In this document: positions 1-8,628 of the stretch, in pieces | How the letters are laid out: every line of letters begins with the position of its first letter | How positions within the stretch are numbered: the stretch's first letter is position 1 | NCBI GenBank assembly: GCA_964431555.1 | Contig: CAYSJW010000009.1 | Span: 10,413 to 74,412, forward strand | DNA from: an uncultured Gammaproteobacteria bacterium | Lineage (GTDB): Bacteria; Patescibacteriota; Microgenomatia; UBA8517 | Direction of reading: 5' to 3' | DNA length: 64,000 nucleotides | Notes under the pieces: generated by a model | Database searches by the model: none | Seen by the model: only the letters and a program-made list of their open reading frames with translations | Told to the model about the DNA's origin: nothing | Translations under genes and position numbers: made by a program

Positions 1-2
1 CG

Positions 3-236
3 ATTACTATTATATTTTGGGTATTCTACAGCCTATATAATGTAATCAAATCGACACCACCGATTAATGTAGATCCCAAAATTCTCAAACCATTCAATCC
101 CAATCTTGACCAAGAAGCTTTGAACCGACTCGAAAATAGGATATTTTTCGAAGAAGGTCAAACAAGCTCTCCAACTATTAGCAAATCAGTTGAATTAATT
201 GAAAAGAACGAGAAATCCGAAGAAAATTTTGAATAA
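3..236 (+). CDS. 3' fragment of an upstream gene (hypothetical protein, C-terminal ~77 aa); open from the window edge to TAA at 234-236
   Basis: Frame-3 translation is open from position 3 to the TAA at 234-236 (…NRIFFEEGQTSSPTISKSVELIEKNEKSEENFE*). No start in window, so it is absent from the ORF track. Confidence 0.3.
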   Translation: MTIIFWVFYSLYNVIKSTPPINVDPKILKPFNPNLDQEALNRLENRIFFEEGQTSSPTISKSVELIEKNEKSEENFE

Positions 237-299
237 AAAACAAAAATTCATTAACAAAAAATATTTGACTTAGAGATAAGATACAAACTATCATTAACT

Positions 300-1286
300 A
301 TGCAAGACAATCAAAATTCAGCAAAAACAGAGGATTTAAACAATCTCAATAGCATTGGTAATTCTAGTTCAACCATTTCTGATTTATCTACAACCCAAAC
401 AGTAACTAACTCCTCCAACGATCCTAATAATCTTTCTGAAAAAATCCCAGAGTTAAACAGTCTTGACTCAAATCCAAACCTAACTAACCTGCCTTCTACT
501 GAAAGCAAACCCAATTTAGAAAACATAATTTCCCCTCCAGTTCCAGATAAGAAATACGAAAGCAAAAAGTTTATAGCCACCATCTTTGGTATTTTAATTC
601 TTGTCAGTAGTGTATCAATCGGTGTTTATCTCGTGCAAAAACAACAAGACATAAGAGAACGTGCAGCAAGCGGAAGCACTTGCGATCAAAGCCCTGATTG
701 TGAACTTGTGGATAATGCAGCAAACAAAGGCTCAAAAACCGTAGAAAGGCAAATAATCTACGTTGATATTACCGACAAAGAATACCACAGATATTATCCA
801 GGGGACACTGATGATGGTTGTAGAAAAGTAAATATTACATCTAATACAATCTCTTGGGAAAAATACGGAGAGGGGTCTAACTGCAAAGATATCAGTAACG
901 TTCAAATTTGGATGAGTAAGGAAGAACCATCAAATACGCCAACTCCTCTACCATCAATAACTCAATCTCCTACTATAACACAACCCCCAAGTATTAGTGC
1001 AAAGTGCTCTGATCTAAAAGTATACAGCCAAAACTGGAATCCTCTTTCTCAACAAGAACTCAATAAGCTAACGCCAGGAACAAAAGTAATATTCGCCGTA
1101 TCCGGTACTGCAAATTCAGGTATATTTGATAAGGCTAGATTTAGCGTCAATTCTAAAAGTTTGGGTGAAACTACTTTAAAAAAGCCAGTAACTGAGGAAT
1201 TCTATATCTACTACACAATACCTGAAAATACAGTAAATTTTAACGTTGAAGCACAGATACACCATTCAGAATTGGGTTGGTTTTGA
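300..1286 (+). CDS. Hypothetical membrane-anchored/secreted protein: low-complexity N-terminus, single TM helix, Cys-containing ectodomain
   Basis: ORF track. TM segment FIATIFGILILVSSVSIGVYLV is followed by the motif YLVQKQQDIRERAA. Ectodomain has paired Cys (CDQSPDCELV, DDGCRK, SNCKD) and a PT-rich linker. Confidence 0.5.
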   Translation: MQDNQNSAKTEDLNNLNSIGNSSSTISDLSTTQTVTNSSNDPNNLSEKIPELNSLDSNPNLTNLPSTESKPNLENIISPPVPDKKYESKKFIATIFGILILVSSVSIGVYLVQKQQDIRERAASGSTCDQSPDCELVDNAANKGSKTVERQIIYVDITDKEYHRYYPGDTDDGCRKVNITSNTISWEKYGEGSNCKDISNVQIWMSKEEPSNTPTPLPSITQSPTITQPPSISAKCSDLKVYSQNWNPLSQQELNKLTPGTKVIFAVSGTANSGIFDKARFSVNSKSLGETTLKKPVTEEFYIYYTIPENTVNFNVEAQIHHSELGWF

Positions 1287-1330
1287 TAAATTCATTATTA
1301 AATTTGAATTTTAAGATATAAATTCTTAAA

Positions 1331-2089
1331 ATGAGCGATTTTATTAAAGGAAAATTCTTTACTATTCTAATAGTCACCATAACGGTAATTCTTGCCGGTG
1401 TAGCTATCTTTACAGCCATCAGACTATATCAATTAAGACAAGAGTCTATCAGTATAACTAGACCCGAAAGTGAACCATTAGCCTGGGATTGTAAAAATTA
1501 CACATTTTCTCTAAGTCAAACAGGTGAAGTCACAGTAAAAAACAGTTCAAGTAAAGACGAACCACCACAAAAAGCTCAAGTGTATATAAATAACCAACTC
1601 GTGCAAACATTTGATGTTCCAAAACTTACTTCAGGACAAAGTGCTACTTTAGGGACAGTTAATTTACCAGAAGGAGTTTTTTCATGGAAAGTGATAGGAA
1701 CCTTAGACTGCCAAAACTCAGGTACTTTAACAAAAGGCCCTATTGCCTGCACTCCTCTTCAATTCACAATTTCAAAAATAACAGCTACTCCTACTCCTAC
1801 AACCTCTTCCACTCCAACTCCGACTTCAACTTCAACCCCCACACCTACGGAAAAACCCATAGGGGGCAACAGTCCTACCCCTACTCAATCGGCAACTTCA
1901 ACTCCTACACCTACACCAAAAGAGGAACCTTCTCCCACACCAACACCTACAACCGGAAAAATTAGCGAAATTACGCCGACATCGGGCGGTTTGGCTTTAC
2001 CGGATGCCGGAGTTACCACACCAACCATTTTCGGAATCTTCCTAGGTGTACTTTTAATAATAATGGCTACTTTCCTTTTTGTTTTTTAA
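1331..2089 (+). CDS. Membrane-anchored protein with Pro/Thr-rich stalk and C-terminal LPDAG + hydrophobic segment (sortase-signal-like)
   Basis: N-terminal TM (FFTILIVTITVILAGVAIFTAI) followed by RLYQLRQES. Long (TPTP)n/TSTSTPTPT repeat. C-terminus …GGLALPDAGVTTPTIFGIFLGVLLIIMATFLFVF. Confidence 0.5.
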   Translation: MSDFIKGKFFTILIVTITVILAGVAIFTAIRLYQLRQESISITRPESEPLAWDCKNYTFSLSQTGEVTVKNSSSKDEPPQKAQVYINNQLVQTFDVPKLTSGQSATLGTVNLPEGVFSWKVIGTLDCQNSGTLTKGPIACTPLQFTISKITATPTPTTSSTPTPTSTSTPTPTEKPIGGNSPTPTQSATSTPTPTPKEEPSPTPTPTTGKISEITPTSGGLALPDAGVTTPTIFGIFLGVLLIIMATFLFVF

Positions 2090-2108
2090 TTTACAAAGAA
2101 ACTAAAAA

Positions 2109-2146
2109 ACTACTTGCCTTTACCAATTCACAAGTAGTATATTTTG
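2109..2146 (+). terminator. Rho-independent terminator-like hairpin downstream of the 1331..2089 gene
   Basis: Inverted repeat ACTACTTG (2109-2116) / CAAGTAGT (2131-2138) with a 14-nt loop, followed by ATATTTTG. Confidence 0.4.
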
Positions 2147-2155
2147 CTAAGAAAT

Positions 2156-2287
2156 ATGTCTAGCTCTCTAAGAAAAAAACTTCTAACAGCATTGGGAGTA
2201 ATCCTCCTTTTGGGGGGAATCGCAGCTGGTTTATATTTAGTTCAACAAAACCAAGAGTACAGAGAAAAAGCAGCCACTCAAAATTAA
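2156..2287 (+). CDS. Small (43 aa) membrane protein, not in ORF track; shares the TM+'YLVQ.Q..RE.AA' anchor motif with ORF 300..1286
   Basis: ATG at 2156. Translation is MSSSLRKKLLTALGVILLLGGIAAGLYLVQQNQEYREKAATQN*, ending TAA at 2285-2287. The motif LYLVQQNQEYREKAA parallels VYLVQKQQDIRERAA in the first ORF. Confidence 0.3.
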   Translation: MSSSLRKKLLTALGVILLLGGIAAGLYLVQQNQEYREKAATQN

Positions 2288-2318
2288 ACTCCTTCATTAG
2301 TGTTGCTATACTTCATAT

Positions 2319-3971
2319 ATGCAAAGGTGTTTTTTTAATTTCCCAAAAAAATATCTAACCGAAACAATATTATTTATTTTATTTTTTCTCTTCTCCAATC
2401 TTATAATGTGGAAAACATTCAGATTAACTCCAGAAGAAAACCTCCAAATTGCAACCAAAGCATGGAGTGATTTTGCCGCTACAATACCTCTTATCCGTTC
2501 ATTTTCTTATGGAAATAATTTCCCTCCTGAATATCCAATTTATGCAGGCCCACCTATACGCTACCATTTTTTCTTCTTCATGATTGTAGGATTATTAGAA
2601 AAATTGGGTATTCCACTTGATTTGGCCTTGAATAGCTTAAGCACTCTAGGGTTTTTTTTACTACTTTCTGCTATCTATTTAGTGGGTAAAACTATCTTCA
2701 GAAGCAAGGCTATCGGAATCATTTCGACTGTTCTTTTTCTATTTAACGGATCGTTTGCTTATTTAGAATTTTTCAAAAATAATCCGCCATCACTTAAAAC
2801 CATTTCAGATATCATCGAAAACAGAAATTTTTCCTCCTTTGGCCCCTATGATGGAAGAATTGTTTCTGCTTTTTGGAATCTAAACGTATATACAAACCAA
2901 AGACATCTTGCACTGGCTTATTCTTTATTTATACTTTTACTTATCCTCATCTACAAATACTCGACAAAACTAAAAGTTTTTAATTGGTACAAAAGCTTTA
3001 TTTTAGGATTTTTTTTAGGATTAACTCCATTTTTGCACTTTAGTGTTTTTGTTATGTCTGGAGTGAGTCTGTTAATCTTCTTAATCATCTTTCCAAAAAT
3101 AAGGATAAAAATTTTTACTGCAGGAACTATCGCTCTACTTTTGGCAATTCCACAGTACCTTTATATGGGCCAATCAGAAGTGGCGGTAAAATTTTTCAAA
3201 CCCGGATACTTGATTGAAAACCTCTCCCTTTTCAACTTTATAAAATACTGGTTTTTAAATTTAGGATTGACTACTCTTTTAGCACCCATAGGATTTTTAC
3301 TTGCAACAAAAGAGCAAAGAAAAATCTTATTACCCTTCTTAGCATTCTTTCTTATCGGTAATCTTTTCCAATTCACACCAGATATGCCAACCAATCATAA
3401 ATTCTTCAATCTATTTCTAATAGGAGTCAACTTTTTCACTGCACTTTTTTTATACAAGACCTACACAAAGAATGCTTTAGGAAAGGTTTCAGTAACAATC
3501 GTCTTTCCATTTCTTATACTCAGTGGCATAATAGATTTTTTCCCAATAGTCAACGATAGATATATAACAATTCAGGATATACCCAATAACAAAGTGGCAA
3601 AATTCATAGCAGAAAATACACCGAAGGATTCTGTTTTTTTAAACTCCTCATATCTTTACAATCCTGCATCAATAGCCGGAAGAAAAATATATATGGGCTG
3701 GCCTTATTTCGCTTGGTCAGCAGGATATGATACAAACGCAAGGAAAGAAAAAATGAAAAAATTTTTTAAACCCAACAACCTTACAACTTTATGCAATCAA
3801 CTTATAAAAGAAGATATAGACTTCATAGAGATTAATAATCGTACCGGTTTGGAAGATATTGAAATTAATGATCAATTTTTTGAAAATAATTTTATTGATA
3901 TCTACAAAAGTGAAGCATCTTATACTAAGATATACGATGTTAAAAAATCATGTCAATCAAATATTTACTAA
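2319..3971 (+). CDS. Polytopic membrane protein (>=10 TM), probable GT-C-type glycosyltransferase-like protein with a C-terminal soluble domain
   Basis: ORF track. Many hydrophobic helices and a C-terminal ~120-aa hydrophilic domain. Sits in a cluster with other GT-C-like genes and an LCP gene. Family assignment not certain. Confidence 0.4.
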   Translation: MQRCFFNFPKKYLTETILFILFFLFSNLIMWKTFRLTPEENLQIATKAWSDFAATIPLIRSFSYGNNFPPEYPIYAGPPIRYHFFFFMIVGLLEKLGIPLDLALNSLSTLGFFLLLSAIYLVGKTIFRSKAIGIISTVLFLFNGSFAYLEFFKNNPPSLKTISDIIENRNFSSFGPYDGRIVSAFWNLNVYTNQRHLALAYSLFILLLILIYKYSTKLKVFNWYKSFILGFFLGLTPFLHFSVFVMSGVSLLIFLIIFPKIRIKIFTAGTIALLLAIPQYLYMGQSEVAVKFFKPGYLIENLSLFNFIKYWFLNLGLTTLLAPIGFLLATKEQRKILLPFLAFFLIGNLFQFTPDMPTNHKFFNLFLIGVNFFTALFLYKTYTKNALGKVSVTIVFPFLILSGIIDFFPIVNDRYITIQDIPNNKVAKFIAENTPKDSVFLNSSYLYNPASIAGRKIYMGWPYFAWSAGYDTNARKEKMKKFFKPNNLTTLCNQLIKEDIDFIEINNRTGLEDIEINDQFFENNFIDIYKSEASYTKIYDVKKSCQSNIY

Positions 3972-5379
3972 AAAAATAAAAATTAACATTAACACCTTAT
4001 TTCCCCTTTGTATTTTTTCTTCATTATATTCATCCTCTTTTGGCCTGATTCCCTACCTTGATGGAGGTATTGACTTCGTCAAAAGTTTTGATTTTTTTAG
4101 TGGAGGGTTTAAAAAACTTTTCCAAAACTGGGTCTCTGTACACCCTCCAGGAAAAGAGTTTATAAGCCTACTATTATTTTCAACTTTAGGCATTAACAAG
4201 TTCTCATATAGTTTAATAGGATTAGTATTTGGAATAATTGGCATTATATTATTTCATCAATTTGTATTAAAATTATCCGACAAAAAAATAGCAAACTTTG
4301 CTTCTATTCTCTTAGCTGCAAATCCACTTTTTATATCTGTAGGAATATTTAGTTTAACAGATTATCTACTTGCAATATTTGTCATTGGCTCATTTTATTT
4401 TTATTTAGAGAGAAAATGGTTTCTCATGACAATCTTTTTAAGCTTCGCATTCCTAACCAAAGAAACTGGTATTTTATGTTCAATATCGATAGGATTAGTA
4501 GAACTGACTCTTAACAATAAAAAACTCATCAAGAAACGGGTTCTCTTTTTAAAATTTCTAGCGAGTATATTATTCCCCTTCTTACTATTTTTAATTTGGT
4601 ACTTATTCCTTAAACTTCACAGTAAACCTTTCTGGACTGACTGGAATTTTTCAGAAACATCTAGCAAAGGAAGTTTATATACTATTATTCACAACATATT
4701 ATCATTTTCATTCCTCAATAAATATGCCTATCAAAATTGGTTACATCTTTTCTTTCTTAACTTTAACTGGGTTTACTGGTTATTAATAATTGTAGGATTG
4801 TTAATCTTTATCAGAAAAACATTAAAAAATAAAAGATACACGAAGATTACTAAATCAGAAAAAACAAAGTTATCAATAACCCTGTTCTTTCTTTTCTATA
4901 ACGTTATTGCACTCTCTTATCAAACTTTTACAATACCAAGATATATATTACCCTGCGTACCGATTCTAATTCTTTGGGTTTCTTCATCAATAAAGACAAT
5001 TACAAAATTTCTAAAGATAAAGAATTTTTATTTATATTTAATAGTTCCTATTTTTTCAATAAACGCTGTTTCTCTTTTTTTCTCCCTTGATCCGATATCC
5101 TCCAGAGTTTGGGGGAAGGAAAAAATATATGGCGAAGAAATATACTCCCTAAGAAAACACCTAGCAGGAAATGATGGGATTACATACAACCTACAATATG
5201 TGACTATCACAAGACGGCGTACTAAAGATATCCTTAATTCGGCTAAAAGTGGTAATATCATATCTAGCGACTGTAGCTGGATTTTTCCCGACCCTAGAAA
5301 TGACAAGAGAATATTACAAGCTCTTAAAATAAATATTGACATAGAAAAACCTTGTTTTAACATAGGCTACTTAAGATAA
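3934..5379 (+). CDS. ArnT/PMT-family (GT39/GT83-like, GT-C fold) membrane glycosyltransferase
   Basis: ORF 3859..5379 overlaps the upstream gene, so an internal start (Met at 3934, MLKNHV…) or a non-ATG start after 3971 is likely. Polytopic. Motif HPPGKEFISLLLF is typical of ArnT/PMT_2 enzymes. Basic residues in loops. Confidence 0.5.
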   Translation, partial: TMLKNHVNQIFTKKIKININTLFPLCIFSSLYSSSFGLIPYLDGGIDFVKSFDFFSGGFKKLFQNWVSVHPPGKEFISLLLFSTLGINKFSYSLIGLVFGIIGIILFHQFVLKLSDKKIANFASILLAANPLFISVGIFSLTDYLLAIFVIGSFYFYLERKWFLMTIFLSFAFLTKETGILCSISIGLVELTLNNKKLIKKRVLFLKFLASILFPFLLFLIWYLFLKLHSKPFWTDWNFSETSSKGSLYTIIHNILSFSFLNKYAYQNWLHLFFLNFNWVYWLLIIVGLLIFIRKTLKNKRYTKITKSEKTKLSITLFFLFYNVIALSYQTFTIPRYILPCVPILILWVSSSIKTITKFLKIKNFYLYLIVPIFSINAVSLFFSLDPISSRVWGKEKIYGEEIYSLRKHLAGNDGITYNLQYVTITRRRTKDILNSAKSGNIISSDCSWIFPDPRNDKRILQALKINIDIEKPCFNIGYLR

Positions 5380-5385
5380 AAGAAT

Positions 5386-7407
5386 ATGTTTTTTTCAGAC
5401 TTTTACTATATGGTTAACTGGTGGTTTTTATTTTTAATTTTCGGAATTGTATTGCTACCGACCACTTACTTATTTTTTAAAAGATTTTTTGACACTGGAT
5501 ACGGATTTTCGAAAACAGTTGGTTTGCTAGCAGTTTCATACTTAATTTTTATTCTATCTACATTTAAAATTGTTCCCTTCACAAGGATTTCAATTATATT
5601 TATCCTTTTTATATTTCTAATTTTTAATATTCATATTTTTCTAAAATACAAAGATAATTTTTTGACTTCATTCAAAAAAAGAATAAAAATAATTATCTTC
5701 CAGGAAATTTATTTTACTCTTGGCTTCAGTTTCTGGTGCATGATAAGAGGATACCAACCAGATATAAACGGTTTGGAAAAATTCATGGATTATGGATTTG
5801 TGAATTCTATTTTGAGATCCAATTATCTGCCCCCCGCAGACATGTGGTTTGCAGGAGAAACAATTAACTACTATTGGTTTGGGCATTTCTTAACCGCCCT
5901 CGCTACAAAACTTTCAAACATTCCCTCAGAAATAACCTACAACCTAATGTTGGCAACTCTACTTGGCCTAACGCTAACAGGAATCTTTTCTCTCGTTACC
6001 ACTTTATTCGAAAAAATTAATTTAAAATTTAAAAAAATTGCAGTAATTGCAGGAATTTTATCCTCTCTTTTAGTCACATTCGGAGGAAATTTCCACACCC
6101 CCTTTTATGTGCTTAAAAACGGTAAAGAAAATTACTGGTATCCTGACGCAACTCGATTTATTGGCTATAATCCTGAAACAAATGATAAAACAATCCACGA
6201 ATTTCCCATCTATTCATTTGTCGTTTCCGATCTTCATGCACACCTTATTAACCTTCCAGTGGTAATACTTTTCATAAGCCTTCTTTATAAATCCATAACC
6301 TCGAAAAAAACGAGATTAGCCACAGCCAAAATACTACCTTTAGGATCTTTGTTGGGAATAATGTTCATGACCAGCACATGGGATTTTGGAAACTACCTAA
6401 TTCTAACAGGTATTTCCACCCTGGCATTTTATATATTCAAAAGCAATTTAACATTTCAGCAAATTTTAAAATCAGGGCTTTTTTTAGTAGGGACAGTAAC
6501 AATTAGCATTTTGACAGCACTCCCTTTTATTATTAATTTCACTTCTATCGCAAAGGGAATAGATTTTGTCAACGCTCATACCCCGCTTTGGCAGTTAGGA
6601 ATCTTGTGGGGTTTTCCCGCAATACTTACCCTTTTATTTACCATTAATCTAACTAAAATAAAGATAGTCAAAAATTCTGATCTTTATGTAGCTGTTCTTT
6701 TGTGTTCATCCTGGATTTTAATAGTCATTCCGGAAATTCTTTATGTAAAAGATATCTATATAGCCAGCCATCACAGAGCCAACACCATGTTCAAGCTTAC
6801 ATATCAGGCTTTTGTCATGTCTTACATTACCTCCGGCTATATAGCTTTAAGATTTATAAACTCTATTCAAAATATTGTTAAAAAAACCCTGGCAATATTA
6901 ACTTTCACAATACTTTTCGCCAGTGTTCTTTGGTATCCTAAATTCGCAATCAACTCCTACTATCACAATCTTAAGAATTATATTGGCCTAAACGGAACAA
7001 TCTGGCTAAAAGAAGAAAATCCCGATCTATACTTTTTAATAAAATGGTTTAACAAAAACATTAAAGGACAACCTGTTATCCTCGAAGCTCCAGGAGATAG
7101 TTATACTGAATATAATGTTATTTCTTCCTACACTGGTTTACCGACCGTTAGCGGCTGGTTTGTTCATGAGTGGTTATGGAGGGGAGATTCAAGTTTCCCA
7201 CAAAAAAGAGTTACAGATATAACAGAAATTTACACAAATCCCAACCAAAAACTTACAAGATCACTTTTGGAAAAATACAAAGTTGAGTATGTTATCATTG
7301 GAAAAAATGAAAGACAAAAGTTCCCTAACATAGATGAAAAAAAATTTAATGAGTTAGGAACTATGGTATTTGAAAATTTAAGTACCAAAGTTTATAAAAT
7401 CAATTAG
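5386..7407 (+). CDS. Large polytopic membrane protein (673 aa), GT-C/oligosaccharyltransferase-like (DUF2298-like) candidate
   Basis: ORF track. More than 12 predicted TM helices and a C-terminal soluble domain (~150 aa). Motifs YYWFGHFLTALATK and FPIYSFVVSDLHAH. Clustered with GT-C and LCP genes. Confidence 0.4.
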   Translation: MFFSDFYYMVNWWFLFLIFGIVLLPTTYLFFKRFFDTGYGFSKTVGLLAVSYLIFILSTFKIVPFTRISIIFILFIFLIFNIHIFLKYKDNFLTSFKKRIKIIIFQEIYFTLGFSFWCMIRGYQPDINGLEKFMDYGFVNSILRSNYLPPADMWFAGETINYYWFGHFLTALATKLSNIPSEITYNLMLATLLGLTLTGIFSLVTTLFEKINLKFKKIAVIAGILSSLLVTFGGNFHTPFYVLKNGKENYWYPDATRFIGYNPETNDKTIHEFPIYSFVVSDLHAHLINLPVVILFISLLYKSITSKKTRLATAKILPLGSLLGIMFMTSTWDFGNYLILTGISTLAFYIFKSNLTFQQILKSGLFLVGTVTISILTALPFIINFTSIAKGIDFVNAHTPLWQLGILWGFPAILTLLFTINLTKIKIVKNSDLYVAVLLCSSWILIVIPEILYVKDIYIASHHRANTMFKLTYQAFVMSYITSGYIALRFINSIQNIVKKTLAILTFTILFASVLWYPKFAINSYYHNLKNYIGLNGTIWLKEENPDLYFLIKWFNKNIKGQPVILEAPGDSYTEYNVISSYTGLPTVSGWFVHEWLWRGDSSFPQKRVTDITEIYTNPNQKLTRSLLEKYKVEYVIIGKNERQKFPNIDEKKFNELGTMVFENLSTKVYKIN

Positions 7408-8542
7408 AACAGCTGCCCCCTTTCAATAAACACTTAACCCAATTTTGTACTTCGCTCCAATTTCCTCTCTTTGGTATAAAAACATATAAATTATCGTATT
7501 TAGAAGATTTTGGAGGATTCTCCAAGAGATTCTCTGGGATAACAAAAGTCTCCGTATTATTTCTCGCATCAAAAATCATTCTCGCCAAAATTACACCCTC
7601 ACTTTCAGTTATATCCGTTTCAAAAGCAGAAAAAAATACATTCTTTAACTGCAATAACTTCCGGGGAGATAAAATTATATTTTTATCTAAAATCTTATCT
7701 TTAATAGCTTCAACGATTTTTTGTTGCCTTTTCTGCCTAGCAAAATCTGTTCCCTCATCTCCTTCAGCATTCCTCGAACGCGCAAATTTAAGAGCGGTTT
7801 CCCCGTCCATAAATTGTTTCCCCTTCTTGAAACTTACAGTCTCATAACGACACTTGTATTCCGGATCACCGCCACATAAATCACTTTCCTTACCCGGTAT
7901 GGGATACTTTTCATCGGTAAACGAATTCTCAACATCCACTTCAATACCACCTAAAGCATCAATTATCTCCTTAAATCCGGAAAAATCTAAAACCACAGCA
8001 TAATGAACATGCTGTCCTAAAATTTCCTCTACCGAAGATTTAGCCAAAATCACACCCCCACCAACCTCCTTTTTATTTCCCCAATAATAAAGACTGTTTA
8101 ATTTTGTTCTCAAAGGAGAAATCCATATATCCCTGGGGAGTGAAATTATTGTAATCTTCCTTGAATTTCTATCTAAGGACAACAAAAGTATAGTATCGGT
8201 TAAATCCGGTGCTTCATGACCATTACCACCTTTCCCAAGAATCAAAATGTTGGTTCTACCTTCAATTTCTTTGACAACATTTCTCGGAACAAAAACAAAA
8301 TTCTTTATCAAGCTAGAATAATAGGGTAATTTTGTCCTCTTAATCAAGTTACTGAAAAGAAAGATTATCAAACAAAATAGCGCAACAATGCCCAAAAAAA
8401 GTGCTCCCCTTAAAATCCAAATATGTTTAAGAAGCTTTCTTTTTACACGAGAAAGAAAAACCTTTCTTTTATTTACCTTAGATGATGAAAGGTCAATATC
8501 ATTATCATTTCCATCATCCCTAACTTTTCCTAAGACCTGCAT
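7400..8542 (-). CDS. LytR-CpsA-Psr (LCP) family cell-wall glycopolymer ligase
   Basis: N-terminal TM, then ILILGKGGNGHEAPDLTDTILLLSLDRNSRKITIISLPRDIW, the hallmark LCP core. C-terminal region has the conserved Arg/Asp pattern of LCP proteins. Confidence 0.8.
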   Translation of the reverse strand: MQVLGKVRDDGNDNDIDLSSSKVNKRKVFLSRVKRKLLKHIWILRGALFLGIVALFCLIIFLFSNLIKRTKLPYYSSLIKNFVFVPRNVVKEIEGRTNILILGKGGNGHEAPDLTDTILLLSLDRNSRKITIISLPRDIWISPLRTKLNSLYYWGNKKEVGGGVILAKSSVEEILGQHVHYAVVLDFSGFKEIIDALGGIEVDVENSFTDEKYPIPGKESDLCGGDPEYKCRYETVSFKKGKQFMDGETALKFARSRNAEGDEGTDFARQKRQQKIVEAIKDKILDKNIILSPRKLLQLKNVFFSAFETDITESEGVILARMIFDARNNTETFVIPENLLENPPKSSKYDNLYVFIPKRGNWSEVQNWVKCLLKGGSCSN

Positions 8543-8628
8543 GTTAAAATGGTATTCAAGTTTATCTCAAAAGCAAACCCAAAGAAAGATGAATTGGGTC
8601 AATTTAAAAGAGTTTAAACCCAATAATT

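Noticed and set aside
1780-1980. Tandem TPTP / ACTCCTACACCTAC nucleotide repeats
   Set aside because: They encode the Pro/Thr-rich linker of the 1331..2089 protein. Not a CRISPR or non-coding repeat array.
3859-3971. 112-nt overlap between ORF 2319..3971 and ORF 3859..5379
   Set aside because: More likely a mis-set start for the second gene (internal Met at 3934 or a non-ATG start after 3971) than a genuine long overlap. Kept as start uncertainty, not as a feature.
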